A DNA stretch of 64,000 nt from a bacterium. GTDB lineage: Bacteria > JAMCPX01. Under the pieces are notes generated by a model. It saw only the letters and a program-made list of their open reading frames with translations, was not told where the DNA came from and did not search any database. Within the stretch, counting starts at the first letter, position 1, and each line of letters begins with the position of its first letter. Location of the stretch: the NCBI GenBank assembly GCA_037439545.1, contig JBBIVV010000001.1:64001-128000 (forward strand), given 5' to 3'. The position numbers were made by a program, and so were the translations under genes. Of this stretch, positions 59,334 to 64,000 are shown piece by piece.

Positions 59334-61259
59334 ATGGGTCAGAACATCGTACAAAAAATAATCTCAGCCCATCTTGTTTCAGGCAGGATGAATGCAGGTG
59401 AGGAGATTGCTATAAAAATAGACCAAACCCTTACTCAGGATGCTACCGGCACTATGGCATATCTTCAGTTTGAAGCAATGGGTATTCCCAGGGTGAAAAC
59501 GGAGTTGTCTGTCAGCTATGTCGATCACAACACATTACAAACAGGTTTTGAGAATGCAGATGATCACAGGTTTCTTCAAACGATAGCTTCAAAACATGGA
59601 GTTTATTTTTCAAAGCCCGGCAACGGTATATGCCATCAGGTACATCTGGAAAGATTCGGTATACCAGGCAAGACCCTTCTTGGCTCAGACAGTCATACCC
59701 CAACCGGCGGCGGCATCGGTATGATTGCAATGGGAGCAGGCGGGCTTGATGTCGCAGTTGCAATGGGTGGCGGCCCTTTCTACCTTAATATGCCCAAGGT
59801 CATACTGGTAAGATTGAAAGGTAAGCTGAAGCCCTGGGTGAGTGCAAAAGATATCATTCTTGAACTTCTCAAAAGACTGACGGTAAAGGGCGGTGTGGGA
59901 AAGATGTTCGAGTACGGCGGTGAAGGTGTGAAAACTCTTTCTGTACCTGAGAGGGCAACGATAACCAACATGGGTGCAGAGCTCGGCGCCACGACATCAA
60001 TATTCCCCAGTGATGACGCAACAAAGGCATTTATGACGGCGCAGGGGAGGGTAAAGCAGTGGAAGAGGCTTGAGGCGGACAAAGACGCAGGGTATGATGA
60101 GATTATCGATATCGATCTGTCAAAGCTTGTGCCCCTCGTAGCCCAGCCTCACAGCCCTGACAATGTCGTCGAGATCAAGGCAATAGAAGGTTTAAAGGTC
60201 AATCAGGTTGCAATTGGAAGCTGCACAAACTCTTCTTACAAGGACATGACAACCGTTGCGAAGATCCTGAAAGGCAAGAAAGTCCATCCTGACGTGAGTC
60301 TCGCCATATCCCCGGGTTCAAAACAGGTCTTAAACATGATCTCAAAATCAGGTGCGTTATCCGATATGCTTACTGCAGGTGCACGGATACTCGAAACAGC
60401 CTGTGGGCCGTGTATCGGTATGGGACAGGCACCTTCGAGTGCTGCAGTGTCCATAAGAACATACAACAGAAATTTTGAAGGCAGAAGCGGGACTCCCGAT
60501 GCAAAGATATATCTGTTGAGCCCTGAAACTGCAGCTTTTTCGGCAATAAAGGGTGTAATCACAGACCCGCGGAAAATGGGTAAGCCGGTGAAGGTGGCAA
60601 TGCCGAAGAAATTTGTCATTGATGACAGCATGATCATCTCCCCTTCGAAGCATCCTGAGAATGTCGAGGTCGTAAGAGGTCCGAATATAAAACCTCTGCC
60701 GAGGAAAGAAACTCTTGCCGACAGCATTTCGGGCTCGGTTATTTTAAAGGTGGGAGATAATATCACGACGGATCACATCATGCCTGCAGGAGCAAAGATA
60801 CTTCCATTACGATCGAATATACCGGCAATAGCGGAACATGTATTCGAGAGGGTAGACCCTGAGTTTGCAAAAAGGGCAAAGTCCAACAACGGCGGATTCA
60901 TAGTAGGTGGATCTAACTATGGACAGGGTTCAAGCAGGGAACATGCAGCACTTGCACCGATGTATCTGGGTATTAAAGCGGTCATTACAAAGTCGTTTGC
61001 AAGGATACACTATGCCAATCTTGTCAACTTCGGTATCATCCCGCTGGTATTTCAGAATGAGTCTGATTATGACCTGGTATCGCAGGGCGACACTATAGAG
61101 ATTGACGGCATTAAGAACCAGATAAAGAACGGAAATACGATACAGGTAAAGACAGGTTCGGGGAAAGAACTTGTTTTAAAGCATAGCTTGACACCTCGCC
61201 AGGTAGAAATCATAATTGCAGGCGGATTGTTGAATTATACAGTAAAAAATAATGCATAA
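59334..61259 (+). CDS. aconitate hydratase
   Basis: QDATGT, GNGICHQ, DSHT, IGSCTN, ACGPCIG, NRNF, ITTDHI, NYGQGSSREHA. Confidence 0.95.
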   Translation: MGQNIVQKIISAHLVSGRMNAGEEIAIKIDQTLTQDATGTMAYLQFEAMGIPRVKTELSVSYVDHNTLQTGFENADDHRFLQTIASKHGVYFSKPGNGICHQVHLERFGIPGKTLLGSDSHTPTGGGIGMIAMGAGGLDVAVAMGGGPFYLNMPKVILVRLKGKLKPWVSAKDIILELLKRLTVKGGVGKMFEYGGEGVKTLSVPERATITNMGAELGATTSIFPSDDATKAFMTAQGRVKQWKRLEADKDAGYDEIIDIDLSKLVPLVAQPHSPDNVVEIKAIEGLKVNQVAIGSCTNSSYKDMTTVAKILKGKKVHPDVSLAISPGSKQVLNMISKSGALSDMLTAGARILETACGPCIGMGQAPSSAAVSIRTYNRNFEGRSGTPDAKIYLLSPETAAFSAIKGVITDPRKMGKPVKVAMPKKFVIDDSMIISPSKHPENVEVVRGPNIKPLPRKETLADSISGSVILKVGDNITTDHIMPAGAKILPLRSNIPAIAEHVFERVDPEFAKRAKSNNGGFIVGGSNYGQGSSREHAALAPMYLGIKAVITKSFARIHYANLVNFGIIPLVFQNESDYDLVSQGDTIEIDGIKNQIKNGNTIQVKTGSGKELVLKHSLTPRQVEIIIAGGLLNYTVKNNA

Positions 61260-61272
61260 AGGAGAGAAATAA

Positions 61273-62520
61273 ATGGCAATGCAAGGAACAAAGATAGGTT
61301 TTGAAAACGGTAAATTAGTAGTCCCGAACGATCCCATAATCCCTTTTATAGAGGGGGATGGCACGGGAGTAGATATATGGCGTGCGTCTGTAATAGTTTT
61401 TGACGCTGCTGTCGAAAAGGTCTTCAAGGGCGAAAAGAAGATCGTCTGGAAAGAGATATATGCCGGCGAAAAGGCATTTAAAAAGTTCAATACATGGCTT
61501 CCGGATGAAACACTGAGAGCAGTTGAGGAATATATAGTCGGTATAAAAGGTCCTCTGACGACGCCTGTGGGCGGAGGTATAAGAAGTTTGAACGTTACCC
61601 TGAGGCAGAAACTGAATTTATTCGCCTGCGTAAGACCGGTCAAATACATACAGGGGGTGCCGAGTCCTGTGAAACATCCTGAGAAAATGGATGTCATAAT
61701 ATTCAGGGAAAATACAGAGGATGTTTATTCCGGCATAGAATGGGCGCAGGGAACACCCGAGGCTATGAAGGTCATAAAGTTTCTCAAAGAAGAGATGGGC
61801 GCAAAGATGAGGGACGATGCAGGCATAGGTATAAAGCCCATAAGCATCACGGGAACAAAACAGCTTATGCGTATGGCAATAAAGTATGCACTCGAAAAGA
61901 AGAGAAAGAGCGTCACGATAGACCACAAAGGCAACATCATGAAGTATACAGAAGGCGCTTTCAGGGAATGGGCATACCAGGTGGCAAAAGAAGAGTTCAG
62001 AGACAAGATAGTGACCGAGGACGAGATAGAAAAGCAGTACAACGGCAAGGCACCATCAGGCAAATTAATCGTGAAGGACAGGATAGCCGACAATATGTTT
62101 CAACAGGTTCTTACAAGGGCTGATGAGTATGACATCATTGTTACCCCGAACCTCAACGGTGATTTTCTCTCGGATGCATGTGCGGCACAGATTGGAGGGC
62201 TTGGTATGGCACCGGGTGGAAATATAGGTATACCGTATGCCATGTTTGAAGCGACCCACGGCACAGCACCCAAATATGCGGGGCTGGACAAGGTAAACCC
62301 AGGTTCTGTCATCCTCTCAGGTGCAATGATGTTTGAGTACCTCGGGTGGGATCCGGTGAGTGAAGTCATAAAAGAATCCCTCGGAGCAACCATAAAGCAG
62401 AAGAAGGTTACCTACGATCTTGAACGGCAGATGGAAGGTGCGAAGCTGTTGAAATCATCGGAGTTTGCCAAGGCAATCATAGAAAATATGGATAGTGCAG
62501 TAAAGAAGCTAAAGATATAG
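61273..62520 (+). CDS. icd: isocitrate dehydrogenase (NADP-type)
   Basis: [45 protein letters not shown]. Confidence 0.96.
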   Translation: MAMQGTKIGFENGKLVVPNDPIIPFIEGDGTGVDIWRASVIVFDAAVEKVFKGEKKIVWKEIYAGEKAFKKFNTWLPDETLRAVEEYIVGIKGPLTTPVGGGIRSLNVTLRQKLNLFACVRPVKYIQGVPSPVKHPEKMDVIIFRENTEDVYSGIEWAQGTPEAMKVIKFLKEEMGAKMRDDAGIGIKPISITGTKQLMRMAIKYALEKKRKSVTIDHKGNIMKYTEGAFREWAYQVAKEEFRDKIVTEDEIEKQYNGKAPSGKLIVKDRIADNMFQQVLTRADEYDIIVTPNLNGDFLSDACAAQIGGLGMAPGGNIGIPYAMFEATHGTAPKYAGLDKVNPGSVILSGAMMFEYLGWDPVSEVIKESLGATIKQKKVTYDLERQMEGAKLLKSSEFAKAIIENMDSAVKKLKI

Positions 62521-62539
62521 AAAATAAAAAGGAGGTTTT

Positions 62540-63478
62540 ATGTCAAGAAAGAAGATAACGGTAGTTGGTGCCGGTCGTGTGGGCGAATCAACAGCAGCAT
62601 TACTGACAGAGAAAGAAGTGGGAGATGTTGTTGTTGTCGATGTTGTTCCGAATATGCCGCAGGGCAAAACACTCGACCTTATGGAAGCAAGGCCGGTTTA
62701 TAAAACCGATGTAAATGTTGTCGGTTCAAACGGATATGACGAAACAAAGAATTCCGATGTAATCGTCATAACATCCGGTATGCCGAGAAAGCCGGGCATG
62801 AGCAGGGAAGATCTGCTTATGACGAACGTTAAAATCGTTCAGAGCGTTACGGATAATGTTGCAAAGAGATCGCCCAATGCCATCATTATCGTCGTCGCAA
62901 ATCCGGTCGATGGTATGACCTATGTTTCCTACAAGGTCAGCAAGTTCCCGAGAGAAAGGGTAATGGGCATGGCAGGTGTACTCGACTCGGCAAGGTTCAG
63001 GACATTTATCGCAATGGAGTTGAATGTGTCGGTCCAGGATGTAAGTGCATTTGTTATCGGCGTCCATGGCGACGAGATGGTGCCTTCGGTGAGATACACG
63101 AATGTCGCAGGTATACCTGTGGCAGAGCTTATACCGAAGGAGAAGCTGGATGCAATCGTGGCAAGGACAAGAAAGGCAGGCGGTGAGATAGTAAACCTGC
63201 TCGGATTCAGCGCCTACTATGCACCTGCAGCTTCTGCGGTAGAGATGGTCGAAGCGATACTCAAGGACAAAAAGAAGATTCTTCCTGCGATCACCCTGTG
63301 TACCAGTGAGTACGGACTCAAGGATGTATTCATGGGCGTACCCGTAAAACTCGGTGAAAAGGGCATCGAGAAAATCTTCGAGATAAAGATGAGCGATGAA
63401 GAGGCAGCAGCACTCAAGAAATCGGCCGAAGCAGTTAACAGGCAGAAGAACGAGATAGATGGATTGAAGTTACTATAA
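62540..63478 (+). CDS. mdh: malate dehydrogenase (LDH-like)
   Basis: [32 protein letters not shown]. Confidence 0.95.
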   Translation: MSRKKITVVGAGRVGESTAALLTEKEVGDVVVVDVVPNMPQGKTLDLMEARPVYKTDVNVVGSNGYDETKNSDVIVITSGMPRKPGMSREDLLMTNVKIVQSVTDNVAKRSPNAIIIVVANPVDGMTYVSYKVSKFPRERVMGMAGVLDSARFRTFIAMELNVSVQDVSAFVIGVHGDEMVPSVRYTNVAGIPVAELIPKEKLDAIVARTRKAGGEIVNLLGFSAYYAPAASAVEMVEAILKDKKKILPAITLCTSEYGLKDVFMGVPVKLGEKGIEKIFEIKMSDEEAAALKKSAEAVNRQKNEIDGLKLL

Positions 63479-63497
63479 GAACATAGAGAATGAACAG

Positions 63498-63524
63498 GAG
63501 AGGGCGAGGTTTCCTCGCCCTCTC
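63498..63524. repeat. REP-like hairpin or terminator after mdh
   Basis: GAGAGGGCGAGG-ttt-CCTCGCCCTCTC perfect 12-bp stem. Confidence 0.6.
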
Positions 63525-63551
63525 TATAATTAACTGGAATGATGCATTATG

Positions 63552-63580
63552 CCCCTAACCCCTCTTAATCTTAAGAGGGT
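63552..63580. repeat. half copy of the C/G-run element family seen at 19072
   Basis: CCCCTAACCCCTCTTAATCTTAAGAGGGT. Confidence 0.5.
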
Positions 63581-63605
63581 GATGGAGAAAAGAGGTTAAA
63601 GGTAA

Positions 63606-64000
63606 ATGAATATGCGCGAGATAAATGCAAAGCAGATCGCGGACGCTGTGAGCGATCTGTGTACCAAGGCTAATTTTGATGTTCCTGACGATGTTATGAA
63701 TATTATCAGGAAAGCATACCAGGAGGAAGTTTCACCTCAGGGCAAGGATGTGCTCAAGCAGATCATCGATAACGATGAAATAGCACACAATGAACAGGTG
63801 CCTATGTGCCAGGATACGGGACTTGCTGTTTTCTTTGTGGAGCTTGGACAGGATGTGCATATAGCAGACGGATTACTGAACGATGCCATCAATGACGGTG
63901 TGAGAAAAGGCTACAAGGACGGATATCTGAGGAAATCAACCTGTAATCCTTTCACGAGGAAAAATGTCGGTGACAATACGCCGTCTATTATACACGTTGA
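63606..64000 (+). CDS. class I fumarate hydratase alpha subunit, 3'-partial
   Basis: MNMREINAKQIADAVSDLC...PMCQDTGLAVFFVELGQ...GYLRKS...GDNTP; runs off the window; absent from the ORF track. Confidence 0.9.
   Translation, partial: MNMREINAKQIADAVSDLCTKANFDVPDDVMNIIRKAYQEEVSPQGKDVLKQIIDNDEIAHNEQVPMCQDTGLAVFFVELGQDVHIADGLLNDAINDGVRKGYKDGYLRKSTCNPFTRKNVGDNTPSIIHV

Noticed and set aside
1..64000. CRISPR array, tRNA/rRNA, transposase, prophage, selenoprotein read-through
   Set aside because: No regularly spaced repeats, tRNA arm patterns, mobile-element genes or in-frame TGA at redox-active Cys positions were noticed on manual reading; not excluded by computation.

Overview
Chromosomal segment, mostly core genes, from a diderm bacterium. 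Gene families such as MglA, DUF4388, DUF507 and TIGR02265-like suggest a deltaproteobacterial-type lineage (inference). In order it holds: a tightly packed + strand operon (DUF4388 protein, Zn-ribbon protein, birA, coaX, TPR protein, an EF-G paralogue with degenerate GTPase motifs, SPOR protein, LPSx-repeat protein, orphan MglA-like GTPase); a - strand thiol-disulfide operon (2 Trx, TrxR, PDO, CoA-disulfide reductase-like, OsmC, beta-barrel); secreted lipase and GH1 lipoproteins; an unannotated 16-aa lysine-rich microprotein gene with a perfect SD, its own terminator and an inverted-repeat-flanked promoter region; fur-DUF507x2-khpA; a J-domain/lid-truncated DnaK/TPR module; argG-mreBCD-mrdA-rodA-gcvPB; S2P-trpS-scpAB-rnhB; a P-type H+-ATPase; a hybrid kinase; an octaheme epsilon-Hao-like cytochrome next to a CydA-like membrane protein; TBDR-TonB; abfD; a sigma54 two-component system; and acn-icd-mdh-fumarase alpha. 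Several intergenic REP/MITE-like repeat families are present. No rRNA, tRNA, CRISPR array, transposase or prophage was recognised. Product calls come from motif recognition by eye, not database searches.
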